The notes: a model not told the origin generated them from the sequence alone. A stretch of DNA of 64,000 nucleotides from Mobula hypostoma (GCF_963921235.1 NC_086098.1:7750001-7814000), one strand, 5' to 3'; positions 1-11,894 are shown, counted from the stretch's first letter. Program-made: numbers and translations.

Positions 1-579
1 GGTTGGTGTTTGGCACAGGCTGGTGAAGTACTTCAGTCTTGTTCAGGCTGATAGTCAGGCCAAAGGGCATAGCAGCGTCTGAGAATTTGTTCAACATCAA
101 CTGTAGATCACTGTCTTTGTGCGCCAGGAGCGCTCAGTCATCAGCAAAGAGGGTTTCTTGAATGACTGTATGGAGGCACTTCGTCCGTGCATTCAAGCGA
201 CCAAGGTCAAAGAGAGAGCCGTCCAATCGGTACCTGATGTACACTCCCTCCCTCAGACCTTGGACAGCACATGGCAACATGCAAGTGAAGAACAGATTGA
301 ACAGGACTGGGGCTAGTACACAGCCCTGCTTCACCCCACTGGAAATGGCAAATGCAGCTGATGTATCACCACTGCAAAGGACCTGTCCTGTCATTCCATC
401 CTGGAGCAGTTGAATCATCTTCACGAATTTCCTCGGGCATCCGTAACATCTCAGGATGATCCAGAGAGCCTCCCTGTTTACAGTGTCAAATGCCTTTGTC
501 AGGTCAACAAAGACAGAGTAAAGAGGCTTGTTCAGCTCGATGCACTTTTGGACTTGCCACACAGCAAATATCATGTCTA

Positions 580-1562
580 TGTCATGGTCCGGTCCGTGAA
601 GTCCGCATTCCAGTTCCTGGTCCGGTCCATCGACCCTTGCTCCAGGTTTTCCTGTCTACCCTGTTTCTGTTCCTGTTGAGCACTAATTGAGGCAGCTGAT
701 GCTCGTTGGGGCTGGCTGCATAAATACCTCCAGAGACCAGGGTGCGGCTGCTGGATTGTTCTTGTTCTTACTCTTTGTATCCTTTCCCCTGCATTCTGTT
801 TCCTCGCCTGAAGCCCTGTCTTGTCTTGCTGGTAACCCTCACCTTGCCTGAAGTTCTTGTCTCGCCTTGCATTGCCTGAAGCCTTACCTTGTCTTGCTGG
901 TAACTGTCACCTGGTCTTGACTGAAATCTTGTCCTGGAGCCACCCTATACCTAGCTCCCCTCCTGTCCCTTGCCTCTGTCGGGTAAGCCAGGCCGTTTTG
1001 CCGTTACCTGCGGTTGGTTCTGTCCCTTCCTGTCCCTTGCCTCTGTCGGGTAAGCCAGGCTGTCTTGCTGTTACCCTACGGTTGGTTCTGTCCCTCCTGT
1101 CCCTTGCCTCCGTCGGGTAAGCCAGGCCGTATTGCCATTACCCTGCGGTTGATTCTGTCCCTTCCTGTCCCTTGTCTCCGTCGGGTGGAGATCTGCTCCC
1201 TGCCCAGGAGGAGCTTCAAGACCCCAAGCCTTGAGCCTCGCCTCAAGACCCCAAGCCTCGCATCAAGCCTCCAGCCTTGCCTCAAGCCTGAAGACTCCAG
1301 CCTCGTTCTGCCTGCCAGCCAAATCATGTCCTTGCCTAGTTCTGGGGTCCGAGCCAGAGGCAAGACCCAGGTTCTGGGTCTTTGTCCAGTCTCTGGCTCG
1401 GAGTCCAAGCTCGGGCTCCTAGCTCTCTTGTCCGGTCCTGTTCCGGGTTCCCGGTTTTCGTGTCCATGTCCTAGCCCTCACCCTGTATCCTAGTCCTGTC
1501 CCTAGTACTTCAGTGTTTGTGTCTTGCACTTGGGTCCATTCCCAGCCACCTGCCTTATGACA
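580..1562. mobile_element. Solo LTR (983 bp)
   Basis: Termini TGTCAT...ATGACA form a 6-bp inverted repeat. Perfect 5-bp TSD GTCTA at 575-579 and 1563-1567. It interrupts the RTE coding sequence and carries internal tandem repeats. Confidence 0.85.
958..1190 (+). repeat. Tandem repeat of about 67 bp, roughly 3.5 copies, inside the solo LTR
   Basis: The unit CCTGTCCCTTGCCTCTGTCGGGTAAGCCAGGC...GGTTGGTTCTGTCCC recurs. Short CTCAAGACCCCAAGCC repeats follow at about 1213-1290. Confidence 0.85.
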
Positions 1563-1874
1563 GTCTACTGTACTCCATTCTGGCCTAATGTGCATAATAC
1601 ATAAATACGGTATTTACAATGTAAACAGCATTATAAACAGTGGTTTAAAGTGTTACTAGGGCAGTGCAAAGACAGGTAATAGACAGAGGAGTGTGGGGGA
1701 GGAGGATTTGGCCCAAAATGTTGACCACTTATTTCCCTCCTGACCTGCTGCCTGACCTGCTGAGTTCCTCCTGCATTCTGTGTGTGTGTTGCTCAAGGTT
1801 TCTAACATCTGCAGAATTCCTTGTGTCTAATAATATTTTTGTACTGGTGTTAACAGTTCCTTAAGTTTGTTATA

Positions 1875-2432
1875 GCTGGAGGGTGGTGCTGGTAATGGGG
1901 TTAAGATCCCACTACCTATTCAATGCTTCCAATGGCATGCACCTCAAATAGCCTCTGACAACCAAGTCCAGCTCCTGGCCCTCACATGTGGCTTAGCTAC
2001 GAAGCCCAGTGGAACTGTTTCTATTGACAGGAGAAGGGGCAAAGGTGGGTTACTGGCTCCTTAAAACCAGTCACCAGGCAGATGGGGCTGGCAGCTGATC
2101 TAGAAGGAAAACTCTGATCTCAAACCTCCACTGCCTTGCAGCTATGCCCTCTCATGGGGAAGGTTTCAGGAGTAAACTCCAAGGAAAAATCCGGAGCTGA
2201 AGTCCCTAAGGCAGTCCCACGTTGAGTTCTATGCTGACTGGCAACTCCTGTGATGTTGCTGGTGTCAAACTGTTCAATCTCTGCTGTTCCTTTGGGTTCA
2301 TCAGAAGCTTGGAGAGGAAGAGCTTGTTACATGGGAACAGCTTGCTCTCCATGTTGCACTGCCCAGGCTTGTGTATCTAGACAACTAGGATGCAATATCC
2401 ATGATTGACCCTGACCAACAGAGGCCTCACTG
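1875..2432 (+). repeat. Unclassified interspersed repeat, possibly RTE-related and non-autonomous
   Basis: GC-richer non-coding block between AT-rich flanks, with a general resemblance to RTE-type UTR sequence. There is no second copy in the window. Confidence 0.3.
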
Positions 2433-2496
2433 TACTCACTGTCGACAGTTCTCTTTTCTATAGGCCTGTTGAGTTCCTCCAACATTCTGTGTGTGT
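2433..2496 (+). mobile_element. 64-bp Penelope pLTR-derived insertion
   Basis: Matches the GCCTGCTGAGTTCCTCCAGCATT...GTGTGT motif seen in the other pLTR derivatives. 12-bp TSD GAGGCCTCACTG at 2421-2432 and 2497-2508. Confidence 0.7.
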
Positions 2497-2544
2497 GAGG
2501 CCTCACTGATGTTAACCTGCCTATTATTTTAAGATCTACCTCAA

Positions 2545-3517
2545 TGGCGTTGAAGTCTCCAAGGATGAAGACCTTGTCGTCTGCAGGGGAGTTCCGCACG
2601 AGGTTGCACAGATCAGTGTAAAACTTGTCCTCTTCTTCGGGATCTGCTTGAAGAATGGGGGCGTACACGCTGAAGAGTGTGACGTGCTGCTTGGTTTGAA
2701 GTGGGAGGCTCATGGAGATGATATGGTTGAAGTGACCCATTGGCAATTTTTCAAGTTTGGAATCAATTGAGTTCCTAACCATAAAGCCAACACCAGAACG
2801 GTGTTTCTCAGTCTCTGGCTTGCCTGATCAGTAGCGGGTGTAGCTGGCATCATGTTCTTGAAGGTTGCCTTCCTCTGGGAAGCAGACTTCACTGAGAGCA
2901 GCGTTATAGACATTCAGTCTTGAAAGTTCATGCGCAACTAGAGCGGATCGTCGTTCTGGGCGATCACTGTCTGCTGTATCGAGCATGGTTCTGATGTTCC
3001 AGCATGCGAGCTTTAGTCCTTGCACTCCTTGCGAGGCAGGTGTGTACCTTTTCTTTTTTGTTGCTGTTCGACCGCGTTTGAGGATACCCGTTGACCGCGG
3101 CTAGCCAACTGGGGGAAATGGGAACGAGCTTTGGTTAGGCCACCTTTTCTAGGCCCCCCTCCATGTGGAGCAAGCAGTGCAGTCCCTGGAGAAGGCTGCT
3201 TGGCCGTTCAGGGTGCTGCCGAATGATATTGTCATCTCCGGGGTCACATCAGACGATCCATACACCTGAACCGCCTGCACGCAGGATCGGAAATGAGGCT
3301 TCCAGTGTCATCTTCCATCTGCTGTTTTCGCTCCTTTCCCATTGCTGCGGGGCTTGATGAATAATCAGGGAGGATGGTCGTAGACGTGGGCGTGTCCTTT
3401 GGCCTGTGCAATGGTATTTTAGGTAGAGTGCAGTGTGCGCAATACTGGCCACACCCTTTACACCCAGGGTTCATCTGCCATAGCCTGGCAAGCTGGGACT
3501 GTGACAGCGAGGTCTTC
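2545..3517 (-). mobile_element. Inverted 5' part of an RTE LINE (5'UTR plus N-terminal APE endonuclease)
   Basis: Minus-strand ORFs read LKLACWNIRTMLD...ALSEV, SVYAP and KVFILGDFNA, ending at about 2546. The same endonuclease domain continues on the plus strand from 3519. Confidence 0.88.
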
Positions 3518-4689
3518 GGGCCAAGATTCAGAAGCCTCGAAAGGATTACTTGGCAAACATGGTGTTGGAAACTGCAACGACAACGGGCGCCTTCTGTTAG
3601 ATTTTTGCGCGGAGCAGCAACTCACCATCACGAACACCATTTTCCAGCAGAAAGACAGTCTGAAGACAACCTGGATGCATCCTCGGTCCAAGCACTGGCA
3701 CCTCATAGACTACATCTTGATGCGCCAGAGAGACCTCACTCACCCGAGTGATGCCCAGCGCAGAGTGTCATACGGACCATCGTCTTGTCCGCTGTAAACT
3801 CAGTTTCCATTTCAAACGCAAGCCAAAGAGAGGAGGCGCTCCAAGGAAGAAGTTTCAGGTTGGCAACCTCCAGTCAGCTAAAGTGAAAGCTGACTTCCAG
3901 ACGAATCTTCAGTCGAGGCTTCAGGATCCCAGTTTCCCTACAGACTCCTCTCCAGAAGTGCTTTAGGAACACCTAAAAACCACCATCCTGCAAACCTCTG
4001 AAGAAGTCCCAGAATTTTCCACAAAGAAGAACAAGGACTAGTTTGATGAAAACAACCAGGAGATCCAAGAATTGCTGGCGAAGAAGAGAACTGCCCACCA
4101 GGCGCACCTTGCTCAGCCGTCTTGTCCTGATAAGAAAGCAGCCTTCCACCCTTTATGCAGCAACCTCCAGCGCAAGTTTCGAGAGATTCAGAACATGTGG
4201 TGGACTATCCGTGCAAAGAGAACTCAGCTTTGCGCAGACACCAGTGACTACAGAGGGTTTTATGAAGCCCTGAGAGCGGTGTACGGCCCTTCGCACCAGA
4301 TCCAGAGTCCCTTGTGCAGTACAGACGGTCAGGCGCTCTTCACAGACAAGGCGTCCATCCTGAACCGGTGGTCAGAACATTTCCAGACTTTCTTCAGCGC
4401 CAGCCGCATGGTCCAAGACTCAGCAATTCATCGCATCCCACAACGTCCAGAGAAAACAGAACTGGACAAGATTCCAACCCTAGAATAGACAGCCAAGGCC
4501 ATAGAGCAGCTGAAAAGTGGCAAGACAGCATGGAATTGATCGAATCCCACCTGAGATTTGGAAACATGGGGGCCCAGCATTGCACACCAAACTCCATGAG
4601 TTCTTTGTCTGCTGCTGGGAACAAGGTAAACTACCACAGGACCTCCGTGATGCAGTCATCATCGCCCTGTATAAGAACAAGGGGGAAAA

Positions 4690-7019
4690 TCTTGTCGTGA
4701 GAGGCCCCTTGGGTAAGAGTGACCATAATATGGTGGAATTCTTCATTAATATGGAGAGTGACGTAGTTAATTCAGAAACAAAGGTTCTGAACTTAAAGAG
4801 GGGTAACTTTGAAGGTATGAGACGTGAATTAGCTAAGATAGACTGGCAAATGACACTTAAAGGATTGATGGTGGATATGCAATGGCAAGCATTTAAAGGT
4901 TGCATGGATGAACTACAACAATTGTTCATCCCAGTTTGGCAAAAGAATAAATCAAGGAAGGTAGTGCACCCGTGGCTGACAAGAGAAATTAGGGATAGTA
5001 TCAATTCCAAAGAAGTAGCATACAAATTAGCCAGAGAAAGTGGCTCACCTGAGGACTGGGAGAAATTCAGAGTTCAGCAGAGGAGGACAAAGGGCTTAAT
5101 TAGGAAGGGGAAAAAAGATTATGAGAGAAAACTGGCAGAGAACATAAAAACGGACTGTAAAAGCTTTTATAGATATGTAAAAAGGAAAAGACTGGTAAAG
5201 ACAAATGTAGGTCCCCTGCAGACAGAAACAGGTGAATTGATTATGGGGAGCAAGGACATGGCAGACCAATTGAATAATTACTTTGGTTCTGTCTTCACTA
5301 AGGAGGACATAAATAATCTTCCAGAAATAGTAGGGACAGAGGGTCCAGTGAGATGGAGGAACTGAGTGAAATACATGTTAGTAGGGAAGTGGTGTTAGGT
5401 AAATTGAAGGGATTGAAGGCAGATAAATCCCCAGGGCCAGATGGTCTGCATCCTAGAGTGCTTAAGGAAGTAGCCCAAGAAATAGTGGATGCATTAGTGA
5501 TAATTTTTCAAAACTCGTTAGATTCTGGACTAGTTCCTGAGGATTGGAGGGTGGCTAATGTAACCCCACTTTTTAAAAAAGGAGGGAGAGAGAAACCGGG
5601 GAATTATAGACCGGTTAGCCTAACGTCGGTGGTGGGGAAACTGCTGGAGTCAGTTATCAAGGATGTGATAACAGCACATTTGGAAAGCGGAGAAATGATC
5701 GGACAAAGTCAGCATGGATTTGTGAAAGGAAAATCATGTCTGACGAATCTCATAGAATTTTTTGAGGATGTAACTAGTAGAGTGGATAGGGGAGAACCAG
5801 TGGATGTGGTATATTTGGATTTTCAAAAGGCTTTTGACAAGGTCCCACACAGGAGATTAGTGTGCAAACTTAAAGCACACGGTATTGGGGGTAAGGTATT
5901 GGTGTGGGTGGAGAATTGGTTAGCAGACAGGAAGCAAAGAGTGGGAATAAACGGGACCTTTTCAGAATGGCAGGCGGTGACTAGTGGGGTACCGCAAGGC
6001 TCAGTGCTGGGACCCCAGTTGTTTACAATATATATTAATGACTTGGATGAGGGAATTAAATGCAGCATCTCCAAGTTTGCAGATGACACGAAGCTGGGCG
6101 GCAGTGTTAGCAGTGAGGAGGATGCTAAGAGGATGCAGGGTGACTTGGATAGGTTGGGTGAGTGGGCAAACTCATGGCAGATGCAATTTAATGTGGATAA
6201 ATGTGAAGTTATCCACTTTGGTGGCAAAAATAGGAAAACAGATTATTATCTGAATGGTGGCCGATTAGGAAAAGGGGAGGTGCAACGAGACCTGGGTGTC
6301 ATTATACACCAGTCATTGAAAGTGGGCATGCAGGTACAGCAGGCGGTGATAAAGGCGAATGGTATGCTGGCATTTATAGCGAGAGGATTCGAGTACAGGA
6401 GCAGGGAGGTACTACTGCAGTTGTACAAGGCCTTGGTGAGACCACACCTGGAGTATTGTGTGCAGTTTTGGTCCCCTAATCTGAGGAAAGACATCTTTGC
6501 CATAGAGAGAGTACAAAGAAGGTTCACCAGATTGATTCCTGGGATGGCAGGACTTTCATATGAAGAAAGACTGGATGAACTGGGCTTGTACTCGTTGGAA
6601 TTTAGAAGATTGAGGGGGGATCTGATTGAAACGTATAAGATCCTAAAGGGATTGGACAGGCTAGATGCAGGAAGATTGTTCCCGATGTTGGGGAAGTCCA
6701 GAACGAGGGGTCACAGTTTGAGGATAGAGGGGAAGCCTTTTAGGACCGAGATTAGGAAAAACTTCTTCACACAGAGAGTGGTGAATCTGTGGAATTCTCT
6801 GCCACAGGAAACTGTTGAGGCCAGTTCATTGGCTATGTTTAAGAGGGAGTTAGATATGGCCCTTGTGGCTACAGGGGTCAGGGGGTATGGAGGGAAGGCT
6901 GGGGCAGGGTTCTGAGTTGGATGATCAGCCATGATCATAATAAATGGCTGTGCAGGCTCGAAGGGCCGAATGGCCTACTCCTGCACCTATTTTCTATGTT
7001 TCTATGTTTCTATGTTTCT
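4690..7019 (+). mobile_element. Young CR1-clade LINE, 5'-truncated, inserted in the RTE
   Basis: Runs from the SDHN endonuclease end through a complete RT. 3'UTR has the GGCC-GAAT-GGCC hairpin and a (TTTCTATG)n tail. AAAA is duplicated at 4686-4689 and 7020-7023. A 1-bp deletion near 5333 relative to the copy at 20 kb causes a frameshift. Confidence 0.95.
5353..6915 (+). CDS. CR1 ORF2 reverse transcriptase region (520 aa, N-terminally truncated)
   Basis: KSPGPDG, NYRPVSLTS, QHGF, YLDFQKAFDKVPH, GVPQGSVLGP, FADDTK and DLGV motifs. Confidence 0.9.
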   Translation: MEELSEIHVSREVVLGKLKGLKADKSPGPDGLHPRVLKEVAQEIVDALVIIFQNSLDSGLVPEDWRVANVTPLFKKGGREKPGNYRPVSLTSVVGKLLESVIKDVITAHLESGEMIGQSQHGFVKGKSCLTNLIEFFEDVTSRVDRGEPVDVVYLDFQKAFDKVPHRRLVCKLKAHGIGGKVLVWVENWLADRKQRVGINGTFSEWQAVTSGVPQGSVLGPQLFTIYINDLDEGIKCSISKFADDTKLGGSVSSEEDAKRMQGDLDRLGEWANSWQMQFNVDKCEVIHFGGKNRKTDYYLNGGRLGKGEVQRDLGVIIHQSLKVGMQVQQAVIKANGMLAFIARGFEYRSREVLLQLYKALVRPHLEYCVQFWSPNLRKDIFAIERVQRRFTRLIPGMAGLSYEERLDELGLYSLEFRRLRGDLIETYKILKGLDRLDAGRLFPMLGKSRTRGHSLRIEGKPFRTEIRKNFFTQRVVNLWNSLPQETVEASSLAMFKRELDMALVATGVRGYGGKAGAGF

Positions 7020-8944
7020 AAAAGTCCGACTGCTACAACTACCGGGGGATAACTCTGCTCTCTATCGCAGGAAAAATCCTCACAAGAGTATTCCTGAACA
7101 GATTGGAGCCCATCATTGCAGAAGAACACTTCCCAGAGAGCCAGTGTGGCTTCAGAACCAACAGGAGCACCACCGACATGGTATTTGTTCTCAGGCAGCT
7201 CCAAGAGAAATGTAGGGAACAGAACAAGGGATTGTACGTGACGTTTGTCGACCTTACCAAAACGTTCGACACTGTGAGCAGGGAAGGTCTGTGACAAATC
7301 ATGGAACAACTGGGATGCCCCCCAGAGTTCCTCAGCATGGTCACCCAGCTACATGAAGATCAGCGTGGCTGAGTCAGACACAACAACGACCTCTCAGAAC
7401 CCTTCCCAATAGGCAACGGAGTTAAGCAAAGCTGCATCCTTGCACCGACTCTCTTCACCATCTTCTTCAGCATGATGCTCGAAAAAGCCACAGAAGACCT
7501 TGATGACAAGGATGGTGTCTACATCCAATATCGCACCGATGGCAGCCTGTTCAATCCAAGGCGATTACAGTCCTACACCAGGACATTGGAGCAACTCATC
7601 CGAGAGCTTCTCTTCACCGACGATGCTGCCCTTGTCGCCCACACAGAGACAGCCCTGCAGCGTTTAACATCCTGCCTCGCAGAGGCTGCCGAGCTCTTCA
7701 GACTGGAAGTCAGCTTGAAGAAGACAGAAGTTCTCCATCAGTCCGCACCTCAGGAAGATTACCACCCTCCCTGCATCTCCATTGGTGAGGTAAAGCTGAA
7801 GATAGTCCACCAGTTCGGCTACCTGGGGTGCACCATCTCGTCAGATACCAAGATCGACAAAGGGATTGACAACAGAGTGGGAAAGTCAAACAGCACATTC
7901 GGCAGGCTGTACAAAAGTCTGGAACAACAAGCATTTGAAGAAGGCACAAAGATCAGCGTGTACAGAGCCATTGTACTGACCACCCTCCTGTACAGCTCCG
8001 AGTCGTGGGTCACCTACTGTCACCACCTACGACTCCTTGAGCGTTTCCTCCAGCGCTGCCTCCGCACCATCCTCAACATCCACTGGAGTGACCTCGTCAC
8101 CAACATCGAAGTCCTCGAAGAGACGGAGGTCACCGGCATCAAGGCCATGCTGTTGAAGACGCAGCTGCGTTGGGCAGGGCACGTCTCCAGGATTGTGCTG
8201 TATGCCGAACTCTTCACTGGCCACTGTGACAGAAGGGCACCGAAGAAGAGGTACAAGGACTCCCTGAAGAAATCCCTTGGTGCCTATCACATTGTCCATC
8301 GCCAGTGGTCTAATCTAGCCTCCGATTGCGAGGCCTGGTGACACACCATTCACCAGTCTCTCTCCCTCTTTGAGAACGCTCGCAGGGCTGGCATTGAGGA
8401 CAAAAGGAGAAGGAGGAAGAACCGTGACACAGCAGCACCAAACCCAGAACAGAATTTCCCTTGCAGCCTCTGTGGCCAGACCTGCCTGTCCCGCATTGGT
8501 CTTGTCAGCCACCAGCGAGCCTGCCGAAGACGTGGGCAGCTCCCTTCCTTAATCTTCGTTCGCAAAGTCAAGCCATGAAATGAAATGAACTTCAATGAAA
8601 AAGTTGTCACGGCATAGAAAGAGCTGGTGTAACTTACTGAGTCCGTGCAGGCTCCTTATGTCTTCAGTTCACCAGTCCTGTACCACTGCTTTTCCTCCCA
8701 TGTCCTACCAGCTGATCTCACCCAAGTATCTCGCATCGCCCTTTTGCAGGCTCTGATTAATTTTGCTTCCTTTACCCCTACAGGGATTGAATGGTAGATC
8801 ATTAATACACTGCATTAAAAAATAATTCTTTGCATCCCCCTGCTTTCTTTTTGGCTCATTAGTGTGGCTTCATTAGATATTTGTACTGTGCACATGCAAA
8901 TGAGATAAGGAACAAAGGGAACTGAAGAGCTCAGTCCACTGTGA

Positions 8945-9935
8945 TATACATTCAATGGCCATGTGACTGGGGAACTCCTGTACCAAATAAAGTGATCTCT
9001 GAATGTCTGTTTGAGGAATTCTGCTGCTGCAGACCATCCACTTCAAGGTTTGATGTGTTGTGCGTTCAGAGATGCTCTTCTGCAATTAGCTGTCGGTTTT
9101 TTTAAATGTCCATTATGCCACTGACATTTAGGACAGCAATGAAGGTCCTCTATTTCTGGTGGTGTTCTTGGTTCATCGTGTCGGTAGCTTCTCCCGGTTT
9201 TCACTCCTGTCAGTCATGTGTGTTCCGCGTGGATACTCGGGAATACTGTCACACTCAGATGTAGAATGCTGTTTCCGTCACAATTTTGTTTTACAAGTCA
9301 GGATTGTTAGCCCTGAGCTGAATCCCCGAACTTGGAGGACCGGTGGACCACTCTTAGTTTGTCCTCTGCCCTTTGACCTGTTGGCATGGGTGACCCTACC
9401 AAGAGCCAAAGCATAAAGCCCTGACTCCAGCCAGCATCGCTCTCCGGGTCACTGAGGCATTCAAGCCTCCAAACAATGACAAGGTTGTGGTCCTCTTAGA
9501 ACATAGAACATCGAAATTTACAGCACATTGGAGGACATCACTATTACAACATGTAATTACTTGAGTTACTGTCATCTTGCTCTCTGCTTGAATCAGTCTG
9601 ATATTTCTCCTCTGACCTCTCTCGTTAACAAGGTCATTTCTCCCACAGAACTGCTGCTCACTGGATGCTTTTTGTTATTTTTCCACACCGTTCTCTGTAA
9701 ACTCTAGGGATTGTTCTGCATGAAAATCCCAGAAAATAAGCAGTTTCCGAAATAATCAAACCACCACGTCAGGCACCAACAATCATTCCACAGTCAAAGT
9801 CACTTAGATCACATTTCTTCCCCATTCTGATATTTAGTCTACACAACAGAACGCCTTGACCATGTCTGCATGCTTTTATGCATTGAGTTGCTGCCACATG
9901 ATTGGCTGATTGGATATTTGCATTAACAAGCAAAC
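8945..9935 (-). mobile_element. Tc1-derived non-autonomous DNA transposon, interrupted at about 9086-9540
   Basis: The reverse complement matches the copies at 35868-36502 and 46423-46971. Confidence 0.8.
9086..9540 (-). mobile_element. RTE-derived bipartite non-autonomous element, with a ~30-bp CR1-tail insertion at about 9500-9528
   Basis: The minus strand has an RTE-like 5'UTR motif (GGGCTAACAATCC...GTAAAAC) joined to an RTE-like 3' end. An AGAACATAGAACAT tail fragment is inserted near its 5' end. Confidence 0.5.
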
Positions 9936-9957
9936 AACAACTTCAATTTTAAGACTA

Positions 9958-10135
9958 ACACACACAAAATGCTGGATGAACTGAGCAGCTTGGGCATCGT
10001 CTTTGGAGAGGAATAAACAGTTGATGTTTCAGGCCGATACTCTTCATCAGAATTTACAATGTAGGGTCTTGGCCTGAAACTTCAAGTGTGTATTGCTTTG
10101 GATTTCTATCATCTACAGGATCTTTTATGTTTATG
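9958..10135. mobile_element. Penelope pLTR-derived short element with two inverted, degenerate hammerhead remnants
   Basis: GTTTCAGGCCGATACTCTTCATCAG is followed by the inverted AGGGTCTTGGCCTGAAAC. The flanks match the pLTR sequence at 38700-38870. Confidence 0.65.
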
Positions 10136-10139
10136 AATT

Positions 10140-10567
10140 CCTACAAAAAGTAATGGATATGGCCCAGTCTATTGGGTTAAACCCTTCATTGCATTGAGCA
10201 CATCTACATGAAATGCTTTTGCAGGAAAGCAGAATCCATCATCAGGGACCCCCACCACCCAGTTCATGCTCTCTTCTTACTGCTGCCATCAGGAAGAAAG
10301 TATAGGATCATCTAGACTCACACCACCAGGTTCAGGAACAGTTATTACACCTCAACTATCAATCTCCAAAGGGGAAGACTTCACTCAACATCACTTGTTC
10401 CATCATTGAAATGTATACATAATCAATGGACACACTTTGAAGGATTCTTCTTCTCATGTTCTCAATATTCATTGCTTATTTATTTATTTATTGCTTATTT
10501 ATCTCAGAGTTGTATATGGTGATATATAGGTACTTCGATAATAAAATTTATTTTGAACTTTGAACTT
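10140..10567 (+). mobile_element. Rex1/Babar LINE 3' fragment
   Basis: Encodes SIIRDPHHP.HALFLLLPSGRKYR...TTRFRNSYY. Ends with AATAAA and a (TTTGAAC)n tail. Confidence 0.8.
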
Positions 10568-11449
10568 CCATTTTAAGGAGCATTTTGTGTTCTCAGCAAT
10601 TGGACTTTAACAAAAAAAAGTGACTTTCATTAAGGACCTTGGAATGAAAAGATTTTTGTGAAGTTATGTTATATGTGTCCTTTGCAATATGTGAAACAGA
10701 AACAATACTTTGAAATTATTATTGGAGATATTAGCAGGAGACATTTTGCAGACTTTTCACATGTGGTTTGTGGATTGGAGTCTGTAGATTACATTATGAC
10801 GTGTTTCTGTTTATTGATTGCTCCTTTTATTTTGCTATTTTGTGCAATTTTGATTGGTGTGTACTAGTTCTGTGGCCTGCTGTCAACAAGTAACACAGTG
10901 TTAGATTGAACTGAATTGGCCTGAACTGAACATTCCTGGACTAGTTTGATGAATTTGTGGTTTGATGTTTTATATTCTGTGCTTTTCACACATTTTTTTG
11001 CGTTTTGCACGATTTGTTCTTTTTTTGCACATTAGGGTTTGATGTTTTTCTTTGAACAGAAATCCATGTTTTTCTTTGTTTCATGGCTGTCTGCGTGAAG
11101 ATGAAGTTCAGGGTTTTATACTGTATACATGATTTGATAATGAATATACTTTGAATCTGCCTTGTTGAAGACACTGTTAACGCTGTGTTAATAAAGTCAC
11201 TATATTTGGTAATTGAATTATTTGGTTTTATTGAGAATGGTGACAAACGATTTTTTTTGACTTTAATGTATGTTTCTGAACCATATCTCAGTTTGTGTTC
11301 AGCACAGATATCCTGGTCCAGTGGGCCTTTTGTGTTCTGCCTTATAAACTTGTTTGTGTCCCTACATGCACAAGAACTCATCAGGTCAGGCAGCTTCTGT
11401 GGAGGGGAATAAACATTTGACATTAAAATCCTTTATCTAGAGGGAAATA

Positions 11450-11770
11450 AATATTGACACTTAAGACCAAGACGCTCCTTCAGGACTGAAAAGGGGGAGG
11501 GGGGAGATTTTTTTAACCAGAAGGGATAATTGTTGTTCATGTCATCAGGTTGGAGGCTACCCAGACGGAACATGACGTGTTGCTCCTCCATCCTGAGTGC
11601 GCCTCATTATGGCACAAGAGGAGGCCGTGTATTGACACGTCAGAATGGGCAGGGAATGGGGATAAAAATGGTAGGGCCACCAGGAAGTTCCAGGTTAAGC
11701 AGATGGAGCAGATGTGCTCGATGTAGCTGCCCCCCCCTGCCAATCTACGAAGGGTCTCACCAGTGCAGAG
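11450..11770 (-). mobile_element. Old Penelope-like 3' fragment
   Basis: Shares CATCAGGTTGGAGGCTACCCAGACGGAA and its flanks with 16280-16500. Confidence 0.75.
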
Positions 11771-11894
11771 GGGGCTTCATAACATAACATTTTCTATTGT
11801 TAGTTTAAACCATGCAGGTTGCATAAAGAAGTAGTTTTTGTGGCAAAAAAATGTTCAATTGAAAGTAGCAGGTTACATTACTTCAGTACATTTG

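Larger units (their letters stand above)
1..1588 (-). mobile_element. RTE-clade LINE fragment (reverse transcriptase), split by a solo LTR at 580-1562
   Basis: ORF 134-574 has FVDLTKAFDTVNRE, GVKQGCVLAPVLF and LFADD motifs. Removing the insertion and one TSD copy restores the reading RPEWSTVDMIFA, using 1563-1588. Confidence 0.9.
3518..8590 (+). mobile_element. RTE LINE body (endonuclease C-half, RT, C-terminal zinc finger, tail), decayed and split by a CR1 at 4690-7019
   Basis: Motifs GKHGVGNCNDNG, WHLIDY, TDHRL, LYKNKGE|KSDCYNYRGI across the insertion, QCGFR, FVDLTKTFD, LLFTDD and YLG. Zinc finger CSLCGQTCLSRIGLVSHQRAC near 8460. (ATGAA)n tail near 8575-8590. Several stops and frameshifts. 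Confidence 0.93.

Noticed and set aside
857..1493. Pro/Leu/Ser-rich ORFs and regularly spaced repeats that superficially resemble a CRISPR array
   Set aside because: These are contiguous tandem repeats without unique spacers, inside a solo LTR in eukaryotic DNA. There are no cas genes.
4517..5365. 282-aa ORF that looks like a novel fusion protein
   Set aside because: It is a chance in-frame junction between the RTE and the inserted CR1 at 4690. The RTE upstream has stops and the CR1 downstream is frameshifted.
5823..6527. Recurrent antisense ORFs (MPPKWITSHL..., also at 20928 and 59384)
   Set aside because: They are reverse-strand shadows of the CR1 RT and recur only because the element is repeated.
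9300..9540. Possible HDV-like ribozyme at an RTE-type 5' end
   Set aside because: A P1-like pairing (GAGGACC/GGTCCTC) exists, but I could not build P3/L3 and P1.1 in the required order.
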